Source: Diplonema japonicum
Lineage: Eukaryota; Protista; Euglenozoa: Diplonemea
DNA: 64,000 bases
Assembly: GCA_964019335.1 (NCBI GenBank)
Contig: OZ025658.1
Coordinates: 248,001 to 312,000, forward strand
Reading direction: 5' to 3'
Each line of letters begins with the position of its first letter. The stretch's first letter is position 1. This document shows positions 21,808-32,169 of the stretch, piece by piece. Under the pieces are notes generated by a model, which was not told the DNA's origin, ran no database searches, and saw only the letters and a program-made list of their open reading frames with translations. The translations under genes and the position numbers were made by a program.

Positions 21808-22110
21808 AACGTACGGAAGGTCTCGCACTGCCGTGCTACTCTGTATTTCATGGTGCCCTAGTTTCCAGAAGGCCAGGGTGCGGGATCTGCGCTCAGCTTC
21901 CGACTGCTCAGGGAATTTTGCTTTCAGTAACACTTGACCTAGTTTGGCAATAGTGGTTCCTTTATGTACGGAAATGGAGACATCACAAAGACTACCACCG
22001 TCGAAGCTTCCCTTCACCCTCACTAGACATTTACTCTGTGCCCTTGCTGCCAGTGCCATCTCCTTCAAATCCTCTGGCAACAGATCTTCATCAAAATTCT
22101 CCACGCTCAT
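21707..22110 (-). CDS. Small protein with possible ubiquitin-like fold; intron 21765-21814
   Basis: The intron GTACGTTC-A39-CAG removes a spurious poly-Lys run. Spliced C-terminus PQDANSWTTVGLREMETKG. Confidence 0.6.
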
Positions 22111-22369
22111 TTCCCCCCCCCTCTTTTTCTTAGTATATTTTTCGTTCTATATTTTTTTTTTTTTTCTTCCTTTCTTTCTTCTATTGCTCGAAAAGCAAAA
22201 AAGGAAAAAAAAAGAAAGAAACATCTAAAAAGAGACGGCACAAACAACAACAACAACACAACAACAACAAAAAATCTAAAGAAGGGTGTTTTTTTTTTCC
22301 TTTTTTTTTTTTTCTCTTTTTTTTTTATTCTTTTTGACAAATTCTCTCTTTTTCATCCCCTTTTTTTTT

Positions 22370-22909
22370 CTACTTCTTCCTTTTTTCAAAGATCGCACAA
22401 GCGTTGATGGGACTGAGGCGTGGTTCGAACACAGCGGAAGGAGAGATTTCCGATTGCTTCTCAAGCTGGAGGGCTAGGTTGTTGGATTCCCACCACTTTC
22501 CTCCCTGTGCGTGTTTTTTTCTCTTTTTTCTTCTTCTTCTTCTTTTTCTTTTTCTTTTCCATACATTATCAGGGGTTTGTTTAGTGCAAGTTGCAATTCC
22601 TATTTCACTGGGTGAGCACGTCGTGTCGTCCCTGATACTTTCGGGTGTGGGCGGGATGGGTGTGGCTGCAGCTGCCCTTTCAGTAACAGGTGTCTGTGCC
22701 CCGTCATCTTTCTTCTTACCTGCGGTCGGTTTCACACAATTCAAAAAGTCCATCTTCACAGGAGCGAGTGCGATCCTCTTTGCCGAAGGCACACCATCTT
22801 CATGTACCGCGTTCGCTCTCTTTCTAATTATCCCAAGCAGTTCGTGCCGCCTGTCCTGCATCATGGTGGAGTACATTGTCATCATTACGCTCGCTTCTTT
22901 GTTGCTCAT
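22370..22909 (-). CDS. Putative INCENP-like protein (C-terminal IN-box); intron 22505-22564
   Basis: Last exon WWESNNLALQLEKQSEISPSAVFEPRLSPINACAIF fits the IN-box pattern W..L..L..Q....P..IF.....IF. Confidence 0.55.
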   Translation of the reverse strand: MSNKEASVMMTMYSTMMQDRRHELLGIIRKRANAVHEDGVPSAKRIALAPVKMDFLNCVKPTAGKKKDDGAQTPVTERAAAATPIPPTPESIRDDTTCSPSEIGIATCTKQTPDNVWKRKRKRRRRRKKRKKHAQGGKWWESNNLALQLEKQSEISPSAVFEPRLSPINACAIFEKRKK

Positions 22910-22957
22910 TTTTTTTTTTTCTCCCTTATTAATTCCTGACCAATTTACGAAGGAACG

Positions 22958-22992
<35 letters not shown>

Positions 22993-22994
<2 letters not shown>

Positions 22995-23904
22995 ATGATT
23001 GCTGCGCATTTGCTTGAGACACCTTCATCTCCAACAGCGGCTCCACCATCTATTTTTTTTTTTTTTTTTCTTTTTTGTTGTTGCTTTCTTTACCCTCTTT
23101 CATTCATACCGAGAATCTGTGCAGAACCATGTTTGACCCAATATAATGTACCCCCTGTTGGGCGGTGATGTAGTCTTTGGCTTGGGCCTTCCATGCAGCA
23201 AGGCCTTCAATGTTGGAGATCTGAAATGGTGTTACATATGTATATTTTTTTTACTCGTTAACACATACCCCTTCCGATTTCTTCAACGCAGCAAAGACTT
23301 CAGACCTCTGAAGATGCCCTTCAACCTCCTCAAGCGTGTTCATCGTGGAATGGTCAGCCGAGCCGAAACAGAACGAGGATTTCAAATGGTCGAGGGTGCT
23401 TACACCGTTGGTGGATACCTTCTTTAAAGAAGCGTACACCTGCTGCAGTGTGTTGTCGGATGGGTACCTCGACAAGGCATAGCTCTCAGCAGCGAAGGGG
23501 ACACCAGCGTTGCATTTGTCAGCCATGGAAGAGAATATGACAGAGTAGCCATGAAGCCACTTTGATTTTCCCGCATAGGTCTCGTGTCTCGCATTGATAG
23601 CTTCGTCCACTGCCATCAATTGCGAACTCATCACCGATTGCGCTGCATCTAATGCTGCCCCTTGTTTCGATTTTTCCAACCAGACATCTAATAGCTCTCC
23701 CAACCCCGACTCGTACCCCTTCTGGATCTCTTCCCGTACCTTTTTACTCGGCCCTACCACCTCCATTACATTCGCCGTTTCCATCTCCACCTCTTTTCTG
23801 TTCATCATCAGCTCGATCTCCAGCATCATCTTTTCATGCCGCAGTGCCTCCACCTCCTTTGCCGCCTCGCTCTTTGGAATGAAACTCCGCAACCACGTAA
23901 TCAT
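22993..23904 (-). CDS. Mitofilin-domain-like protein; exons 23904-23269, 23220-23110, 23049-22993
   Basis: Coiled coil, then PFAAESYAL..GVSTLDHLKSSF..LEEVEGHLQRSEVFAAL, then after splicing LAAWKAQAKDYITAQQG. This follows the mitofilin pattern. Confidence 0.6.
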
Positions 23905-24000
23905 TTCTCTCTCTTCTTTGCCCCTCTTCTCCTCCCAACCCCTTCGTCTCTTTTCTTTATTTCAACTGCGACAGGTAGAGGAAAAAAATAAAAAAGGAAG

Positions 24001-24029
<29 letters not shown>

Positions 24030-24032
<3 letters not shown>

Positions 24033-26050
24033 ACATTTAAGGGTACCTGCGGTATGTGACAGGACGCCTGAAGAGTCTCAATCTATCTTTTGATCGAACC
24101 TTTCTGTTGTGGTGTGGCCTTCGGCCCCTCGTTCACCCTCCTCGGTACCTTTGGTATGAAACCCTCAACCGAGTTGGTAAGGACACAATAGTTGTACAGT
24201 TGTTTCTCAAGGATGTGGCGGGTCGCCGGGGAGGCGAATACCGGTCTAGAGGAGTAGCCCCTTATGGAGCCGTTGTAGTAACCCAACGTGCGTAGGGAGT
24301 GGACAGAGTCTACCGAAGCAGCTGGAATGAGGGGCGCTATGCGCTTATTGGTGTGGATGCGTTCTAGTGCCGCTATCACCCGGCCTATGACACGCGCGCT
24401 CTCCTGGATGTCCTCACCCTCTCCACAAGGCGAGAGTCCCTTTGTGGCAATGAAGTCTACGGCCAGCTCAAGCCTGGAGACCTGTCCACCTGTTGTGCCC
24501 CAGTGAAGGGCCGAGAGCCATCGGATGACGTGCGGGAACAGCCGCGGGAGGTACTGCTGCCTCAAACCGTTGTCGTAGTACCACCTCAGTGACCGCGGCT
24601 TGAGCAGACACCCCTTCTCGAAGGGCCTGTTCCACAAGTGAACACTGAAGTCCACTGTCTTCTTTCGTGCAAAGGCGAGCTGCAAGTTGCCAGTAATTTC
24701 CGCCATCATTAGCTGTAACTCAGCTGTTTCCAGCACGAGCCCCCCCGTCGCAATGCCATGCAGTTGTGTGCACCGGGGCCACTGGTTACGTTGTGCGCAT
24801 AGTGCCGCCCGCTTCTCGGATGCTGTCCTGATGTGCTCGTGCGCCTGGCAGTCCCAGAGGGTGTGCTCCAGGAGCCTTGACGTATGTTGCGAAATGTCGA
24901 AAGTAGCGTCGCATCCCATGCATTTCGTCCGCCCCCCGTCCGTGTCGTTGATGACCTTGGGATGGAACGGGTAAACGGCCCCCACTATCACCTGTAGCAC
25001 CCTTCGAGCTTTGGGCGGATTTCGGGTCGCCAGGTGCAAGTGTAGCTCGTTGGTGGCCTTCTCGTCGATGTTGCCCGTCCCCTGAAAGGAGGGTCTGCTC
25101 TCTTCTAGGGCCGTTCGCAGGTGGACCTTCAGGAGCTTCCTGACCTCGTGCTTCAGGGCCCTTGGCTCCAGGGGTACCCATTGCCGCGCGAACTGCGCCC
25201 AGCTGGACCCCAGTTCCCCCAGCAGTTCGTGGGTCTGTCCGAGCATCCCGCAAGGGCCGAGGGGGTTCCCGCCCCGGGCAGCTTCCTTGTACTTGTCCCT
25301 GCACTTCTTAACGAGTGCCCTGGACCCTTCGTCGCTTTGCATCATTCGCGCAAACGTCGTGATTCTGCGGTATGCGGCTGCTGAATAAGGGTCCAGCCTG
25401 TGACCTTTGAAAGCCACCCCAAGGAGGGCTCCCGACGAGCGAGTCGGGTTGTGTGGGCCCCATATGCAAGAGGTAATCTTCTTCCTGAGGGAGTCCAGAA
25501 GCGAGTCCGTGGGCGGTGTGTAGAGCACTCCGTAGAGCGCCGCTGGGAGGATGCAGTCCTCTATCAGTAGAGCCTTACGCGATCTCGTGATGTGGGTTAC
25601 CGCGAGCCTCCAGGCTCGCCAACCTCGCCGCTAGGACTTCGGGGTCGGGACAGTTGAAGTAGATCCCCTTGAGAAGTGGTTCGGGGACTTCGTTGAAAAT
25701 GGGCACGCCGCTCCAGTGTTTCGCGTCCAGGGAGGTCTTTGGTGGGGGGCCTCTCAGTTTGTCAGCCCACGTGGAGGTCACAGGTCGCTTCTGCTGGTCT
25801 GGCTTCCTGGGTCTGATTGGTTGCCCGACCGTCTGCCACTTCCCGGCCTTTTGGAGCTGCGGTTGTTGTTGCTTGGCTGGGGTCTGCTTCTGTTGCTGTC
25901 CCTGCTTCTGTTGCTGTCCCTGCTGTCCTTTCATGAGCTTCAAAAGCAATCCCACTATCCTGGCGCATTCTCCGCTCCAAGCCCCCTGGCTTGCCAGTCT
26001 CTCTGCTTCGTCGAGCAGCTCTCCGATCAGCTTCCTATCCATTTTGGTGG
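24030..26050 (-). mobile_element. Internally deleted non-LTR retrotransposon (5' ORF start fused to post-RT C-terminus)
   Basis: GC-rich. Q-rich ORF 25575-26042 is joined out of frame to RKALLIEDCILPAALYG (RT thumb) and CMGC...HTLWDC (CCHC finger). RT core and endonuclease are absent. 3' stem-loop at 24030-24079. Confidence 0.75.
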
Positions 26051-26429
26051 GAAGACAAGTTTTTTTTTTTTTTATGATTATTATTATATTATTTTATATT
26101 ATTTATTAGTTTCTTGAGTTTATAGTATAGTCAAGTATGATTGATGTTCCACTCCCGTGTTGAAAGGAAGTAGAGATTAACCCCGTTAACGCCTATATTT
26201 ATCAGCCACGGGGAGCGACCAATAAAGTACAGAAAAAAAAAACCCCCCCTGGCTTATCAAGGGCTAGCATACGATGCTTATCCAACTTTCAAAGCAAGAG
26301 GAAAAGACAAACAAGAAAAAAAGAAAAGAAAAAGTGTGAGTGTGAAAAAATGGGGGAAAGCTAAAGAGGGAAAGGGATCTAAATTAAGGGGGAAAGCGTT
26401 TATAATGGCACAGAAACTGGTAAGCGTGC

Positions 26430-26708
26430 TTACTTGCCAGGGAACTGGGCGTTCTTCTGCTGCTCAAGGAGCTCCTGGAACTTCTGCTTGAAGTGAGCGG
26501 AGTGGTCCCTCATCTTCTTGTTGAACTTGTCAGTGTGCTCTTTGATCATTTTCTCGAACTTGTCGTAGTGCTCCTTCATCTCAGGCGACAGGGTCGACTC
26601 GTCGGGCTTGTCAGCGAAGAACTTCTTGTTCTGCTCCTCCATCTTCTTGCTGAACTCAGCATCGAGACGGTCGAGCTTGTCGCTGAACTCCTGGTAAGTG
26701 GTGCACAT
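26430..26708 (-). CDS. KMP11: Kinetoplastid membrane protein 11
   Basis: 92 aa containing KLDRLDAEF..QNKKFFADKPDESTLSPEMKEHY. Confidence 0.97.
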   Translation of the reverse strand: MCTTYQEFSDKLDRLDAEFSKKMEEQNKKFFADKPDESTLSPEMKEHYDKFEKMIKEHTDKFNKKMRDHSAHFKQKFQELLEQQKNAQFPGK

Positions 26709-26757
26709 TTTTGTAGGTTTGTAATGAGGCTTTGGGTTTGGGTTTAGGTTAAAAAAG

Positions 26758-26839
26758 TGACGAGAGTGGGGTTTGAACCCACGCCTCCGAAGAGATTGCG
26801 GCCTTAACGCAACGCCTTAGACCGCTCGGCCATCTCGCC
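26758..26839 (-). tRNA. tRNA-Leu(AAG)
   Basis: Acceptor stem GGCGAGA/TCTCGTC-A, anticodon loop TTAAGGC, long variable arm, GGTTCAAACCC T-loop, followed by T6. Confidence 0.95.
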
Positions 26840-27008
26840 GACGAATTTTTGCGGCTGGCTTAATGACAAACATCAGATAAAAAGACATCAATACCTCGCT
26901 GGACGCAAATAAACATAACTAACAAAGCACCTGTTTTAATAGACATCAAAGCAACCAATCAGATCGCTTGTCTTGGAGAAAGAAGCCAGGCGCTTGCTGT
27001 TTGGTGGG

Positions 27009-27773
27009 TTAGAGGATTCTGCCTCTTCCGGCCCCAAAAGGAGGGACATGGTCGGGAGATTTAGTGGTCAATACGGGGAGACTCTCGTTGTTGTAGGAAA
27101 CAGTGCCAGGTTGGAGTTCGGCGCGACGAGATTCGGTTTTCTTGAGCCACTCTTGTTGAGCTTCTGTAAGGGGAACATCTTCTTCTGGTTCGTTCTTTTT
27201 TTCGCCAGCTTCTTTTTTTTCAGGGGGCGCTCCTGACCAGCGACCGCACCCAGGTGGAGGGACAGCTGCTATTGGCTTTATTCCCGCACAGATCGTTTCG
27301 TCTCCCTTTACAGCTGCGAGTTCCACAAGTTCGTTCGCTTTATCAATGGAGTCTGGCCGGTTTTCATAAGCATTTCTCTGAGATACGGATATTGTTGTCA
27401 AATATTGCATACTTCAAAATTTTGCTTGTGTTTTTTGGCCTTCTTGTGCTGCCCCCATTCCTTCCATTCAATCACTGTTTCACACATCACACAATTAACC
27501 TTCGGTGCTTCCCCCATGTTTTCCAGCTCTTCCACGTAACACCACCCTTTCCGTGCCTCCACTCTGCCCCATACTCCGCCTTCATCCTTTTTAAAAGTAC
27601 TGATAACATAGGAATCGCCTTCGTTTAAAGTGGTGACCACATCGGCCTTTCCTGTGGGACCTGAACGTACACTGACGTCAGTTGATCGGACCTTTTAAAG
27701 AAAAAGAAACAAAGTATGTCCTCCGTAGTGTTGTGCATACCTGGAATAGCATTGGGTTCTTCAGAACCGCCAT
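27009..27773 (-). CDS. Bacterial-type SH3 (SH3b) plus C2H2/matrin-like zinc finger protein; introns 27692-27740 and 27378-27412
   Basis: Spliced: MAVLKNPMLFQ/VRSTDVSVRSGPTGKADVVTTLNEG...WGRV..RKGWC...CVMC......WGQHKKAKKH.../RNAYENRP. Both introns are GTATGC..AG and phase 0. Confidence 0.7.
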
Positions 27774-27836
27774 GTGATTGTAAAAGCCTTGTCGGTTCAT
27801 GAGATAGTCCGGTGCAGGCAAAATTCTTGATAAAAA

Positions 27837-27909
27837 CTCCCCCTGTTGGGTTCGAACCAACGACCTGCAGGTTAACAGCCTGACGCGCTACCGACTGCGC
27901 CAAGGGGGA
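27837..27909 (-). tRNA. tRNA-Asn(GTT)
   Basis: Acceptor stem TCCCCCT/AGGGGGA-G, loop CTGTTAA, GGTTCGAACCC, followed by T5. Confidence 0.95.
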
Positions 27910-28437
27910 TCTGCAATTTCGCGGCGCCCACTTCTTGGTGTATGTTTTGAAGTAACCATCCAAAAGGTTCTCATTGGAAAGTACTTTGGACCAGACGAAT
28001 TGAATTTATGCCAAGGAACAAGCACTCTTTGCTAAGTGTGTCAAAAAAAAAGAATAAGGAGCAATCAGAAGAGGGAGGAAGTTAATAAAGAAGTTAGAAA
28101 GCAGCAAGGAAAGAGGAAAAAGAAACTCGATGATTTAAAGGAAGCCGGTGGGGGCACCCTGCACAAGCACCATTTACTTGATTACGGGGACTTCTTAAGA
28201 AAGAAAATTCAGTGTGCATGCTTTCGGGTTGATGCTCACCGAAAGAAAAAGGAAATGTGTGATGTACATACTTTTAAAGAAAATTTGGAAAAAAAAGGTT
28301 TGGGAACGAAGAAAAAAAAAAAAAAAAAAAAAAAGGGCGGAAGAGGGAATAGTTTCGCGATTTTCGTTTATTTGCGCGAGCGGTGTTTTGCCTAACAGAA
28401 ATACTCATTACGACAGTCCGGTCAACTTCAACGTTTT

Positions 28438-29299
28438 ATTTAACTCCACCAAAATTTTCATGGGCGGGAGTGAAAATAAGAATTCACTTTATTTCACTCC
28501 TGACTTTATTTTCACGCTCCGGCTTCTAAAAGAAATTAGGCCCAGGAGTGAAAAAACTCTGATAGCGTTAAAATATGAAATATTATTTCACTCCTGGGCC
28601 TAATTTAAGCAAAACCCTCCAGAAATTCCTACCAAGGTTCCTTTGGGATGGGCAAGAACCCGAATGCACAAGAGGCGGACGCAGCAGGGTTCGCCCCCTT
28701 CCAAGAGCCATACGAAAAGGAGTGGACACGCTTTTGTGTGTTTCATAATTATAGGAAGAAAAAAAAGGGCCCGTCCGAAGAAGAGGATTCTATTCTCTAT
28801 TTCAACGACATGAACAAGCAAGGCCTGCTGCCCGTTCAGTCCGGACGGTTTATTCAAAGCTAAACTCGGTTGTGATGAGGATTACAACAAGCAGTTGCAA
28901 GACCACCCCCGACTAAAGGTCCCCCTCAAGAGGTTCCAAGAAGGCGAGTCAACAAAAAAGGCGAAAATCTTTACCCAAGAGCAAATAACAGAATTCTTTA
29001 GCACCGAGGTATGGCATCGTCCGCCACGCTTATGCAGCGTTGATGTTCGCAGGAAACATGTGCACTACCGAGGCACATATCCGACACCTGTTATAACTGG
29101 TACCACCTGTACCTCCCACCCACTCAAATTTTGCTGTCGTTAAATAAAATATCGTATTTGTGAATATAAGATTGATGATTTCACTTGTGGTGGCAGTTTT
29201 GACTCGTTAAACGTTATAACACTCGCTTCGCTCGTGATATAACCGTCATTACTTCACTCGCTTCGCTCGTGAAGTAATTACCTCACTCGTCAAAACCAC
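28438..29299 (+). mobile_element. Defective Crypton-like tyrosine recombinase element, copy B
   Basis: Reverse complement of 10848-11646 with the same frameshifts. Retains two CACTCGCTTCGCTCGTG mini-hairpins at 29220-29236 and 29255-29271. Confidence 0.75.
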
Positions 29300-29781
29300 A
29301 TTCACTAAATAAATTGTTATAAATTTTTAGCCTCAACAACAATACTGTTGACACTATAAAAAAAAGAAGAAACCAGATAGCTAACCGAAATGGTACTACG
29401 TAAGGAAAGAGATTTGTTGGCTAGAAAAGGGACAACATGAAAATTTTCTGCGGGTCATGAACCCTGCCTTGAGAGAAGAAAGAACGCCGTTAGATGGAGG
29501 CAGGACCCCCTTCTAACTAAAAACAAGAGGGGGAAAAGATACAAAAAGAAGCGGATAACTCCGTCCATTAAAAAAAAAGGAGGGATAGGCAGAACCCTTC
29601 TTCCCCTTTTTTTGTCCCCCCCACGTTTCTCCTCTCCCTATTCTTTTTTTTTGATTTCTATTTTTTTTTTTTTTTGCTTTTTTTTTTTTTTGCACGTTGT
29701 CACCAATTTCCCAATCAAGAAAGAAGAAGGGGAGAAAAAAAAAAAAAAAAAAAAGAGGGAAAAAAAAAAAACAATATTTTT

Positions 29782-32169
29782 CTACTGTTCATAAAAGTCA
29801 ATAGTTTTCTTAGCGGGAGGTTGTTCCGTGACACGGCGGTACACAATGAAAGCCACAGCGACGGCTATGGCACAGGCAACGATGCAGACAATAGGGATTA
29901 CAACATAGAGGTAGTCCTTGTTGCTGCTGTCGCTCCCGTCGTTGGGTTTGCACACATTGTACATACCGTGCACTTGGCTGAGGGTGTACCCCTTTGTGCA
30001 CGAGAGAGCCACGCACACCTGCTTGGTCAGGGCAATTGTCTCCCTCGCACCAGTGAGCTCGCACTCTGCCTTGTCGACCTTGGTGGCGTTCACAGTAAAC
30101 TCCGTCCCCAGAAAAGCCGACAGCTCGGGCTGTTCGTTGAGCAAGCGTGTCATCTCCGCCTTCGGGTGTACCGGCACGACGCCACCACCCGATACAGGGA
30201 CCACGTAGGCAATGGATCCGCATGCATACGACGGGTGCACCTCGGCCACTTCCAAAAGCAACAGCTCCGCAAACAAGTTTTCCAGCATGCCCTCAAGGGT
30301 CGCGTTGGCAAAAAACGCACCGCAGTCCGCGTTGCTGAACACACCCCTTATCACGACCGTGTTGCCAGGCACAGTCGGCATGGGGGTTGGGGAAGGAGTG
30401 GGCGGCGTGGCTGTCAACTCGAACACCCACAACCCCACATCGGTAACGAAGGCAGTGTTGCCCCGCACAAAAACGCCCAGAGGACCTCGCATGGGGTACT
30501 CGTTCATGAGGGCCGGTGCAGACAGGTCGCTTATGTCCACCAGTTGAAGACCTGAATACTGCACCGCAAGGTAGGCAGCGGTCCCCTCCACTTGCACGTC
30601 GAACACGATTTCGGAGGTAGGGAAGATCGCAAGGCGGCCTGTCGTGGCTGAACCGATGTCTATGATCTCCATCCCCATGTCCGTCCCGACAAAAGCTGTC
30701 GTCCCCACCACATCCACCGCCCAGGAACTCCCGTTGGTCGCGTAGCTGCGGAGGAAGGCAGGTGCCGCAGGTGTCGACACGTCAATCACCGCAAGGCTCT
30801 CGTAGAAATTCGTGACATAAGCAGTGTTCCCGGACACTTTCAACCCCCTCGACGACCAGCGCTGCTGCCCGCAAGTGCTCTTTCCGAGAATCTTAATTGC
30901 TGACGGCATGCTAACGTCCAGAACAGTCAGGCACCCCAGAGACAGATAGGCCGTCGTCCCCACCACCTGCACGTCCCATGCCCACGACGCCTCGTCGCTC
31001 GCACCCAAGAGTGTTATTAACGAAGGTGTTGTCGCATCCAGAACATAGAACCTACTGCCGCACAGGTACACTGTTGTTCCTACCGCGTACACCGCTTGTG
31101 CTCCGTCCACAACGTAGCTTCCCACCAGAGCTTCAGCACCCTTACTCACGTTGTACACCAGAAGGCCTTTGTTTTGATCCGCGACGTAAGCGATGTCCCC
31201 GACGGTGTACACCTTCTGGGCGCCGTGAGCAGGTGCGAAGACACCCACCGCCTTCAGCAATGCAGGGTCGACCACGTCCACTACCACAACGGACGAGGGG
31301 TTCGTCGTCCCGATGAGGGCGACCCCTCCTGCAACGCGCACGAGGTTTGCACCCTCAATGATGACATTGCCAAGCAGCCTCAGGTCTGCCTCGTCCACGT
31401 TCAACAACCCTTCATTTTGTGCAACAACATACGCGACCTGGCCCGCCACTTGAATGTCGATGTTGTAGGCAGCGCTGGGGGTTCTGAAGCTCGCCATGCG
31501 GTGGGGGGCTGCAAGGCTGCTCACGTTGTAAGTGTCAACCCCTTGCATCGTCCCTACATAGGCAAGACCGTCCGCCACCTCAACACAGTAAGCAACGTCG
31601 CTGAACCGGGACAACAAGGTGGGCGCAGAGGGTGTGCTGAAGTCAATGACGAGGACGGTGGAGTAGACTGCGGAGAAGACGGTTGTTCCCACCACTGTGA
31701 TCATGAGAGGGTGGCTAGGGTCGGAAAAGGCCCCAAGCACGGAGGGAGTGCTGGGGTCGCTCACGTCGACAGCAACCACGCCCGGGTCTGAGCCAACACG
31801 TGCGACGTAGGCAACTGATCCAGAGACACGGACGTACGACCCGCTTGCTGTGGGCTCCGTCCCCAGGAGGACGGGCTTTGTGGGCGTGCTCACATCCAAC
31901 ACGAGCAAGCCGTCTTCAGTGTCGGCTACATAGGCGGTCGTCCCCGAGATGTGCACGGAGCGGGCGTTGGGTGTGGCGTACCACCCCAGGGGGGTGGGGT
32001 TCGCAGGGTTGCTTGCGTCGAGCACCTGCATCCCCGTGGGTCCTGTCGCCACATACGCAGTCGCCCCATCCACAGCTATGTCAAACATCCTGTCCATCAT
32101 CCCACTCCGCCACTCTAGCTTGGGGGACACCGCACCCATTACCGCGTACATCACTAAGAGCGTTGCCAT
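29782..32169 (-). CDS. LVIVD-repeat (beta-propeller) type I membrane surface protein
   Basis: Signal peptide. About 14 repeats of V.V.G..AYVA....GL.V.DVS.P..P. PT linker and C-terminal TM. Confidence 0.88.
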   Translation of the reverse strand: MATLLVMYAVMGAVSPKLEWRSGMMDRMFDIAVDGATAYVATGPTGMQVLDASNPANPTPLGWYATPNARSVHISGTTAYVADTEDGLLVLDVSTPTKPVLLGTEPTASGSYVRVSGSVAYVARVGSDPGVVAVDVSDPSTPSVLGAFSDPSHPLMITVVGTTVFSAVYSTVLVIDFSTPSAPTLLSRFSDVAYCVEVADGLAYVGTMQGVDTYNVSSLAAPHRMASFRTPSAAYNIDIQVAGQVAYVVAQNEGLLNVDEADLRLLGNVIIEGANLVRVAGGVALIGTTNPSSVVVVDVVDPALLKAVGVFAPAHGAQKVYTVGDIAYVADQNKGLLVYNVSKGAEALVGSYVVDGAQAVYAVGTTVYLCGSRFYVLDATTPSLITLLGASDEASWAWDVQVVGTTAYLSLGCLTVLDVSMPSAIKILGKSTCGQQRWSSRGLKVSGNTAYVTNFYESLAVIDVSTPAAPAFLRSYATNGSSWAVDVVGTTAFVGTDMGMEIIDIGSATTGRLAIFPTSEIVFDVQVEGTAAYLAVQYSGLQLVDISDLSAPALMNEYPMRGPLGVFVRGNTAFVTDVGLWVFELTATPPTPSPTPMPTVPGNTVVIRGVFSNADCGAFFANATLEGMLENLFAELLLLEVAEVHPSYACGSIAYVVPVSGGGVVPVHPKAEMTRLLNEQPELSAFLGTEFTVNATKVDKAECELTGARETIALTKQVCVALSCTKGYTLSQVHGMYNVCKPNDGSDSSNKDYLYVVIPIVCIVACAIAVAVAFIVYRRVTEQPPAKKTIDFYEQ

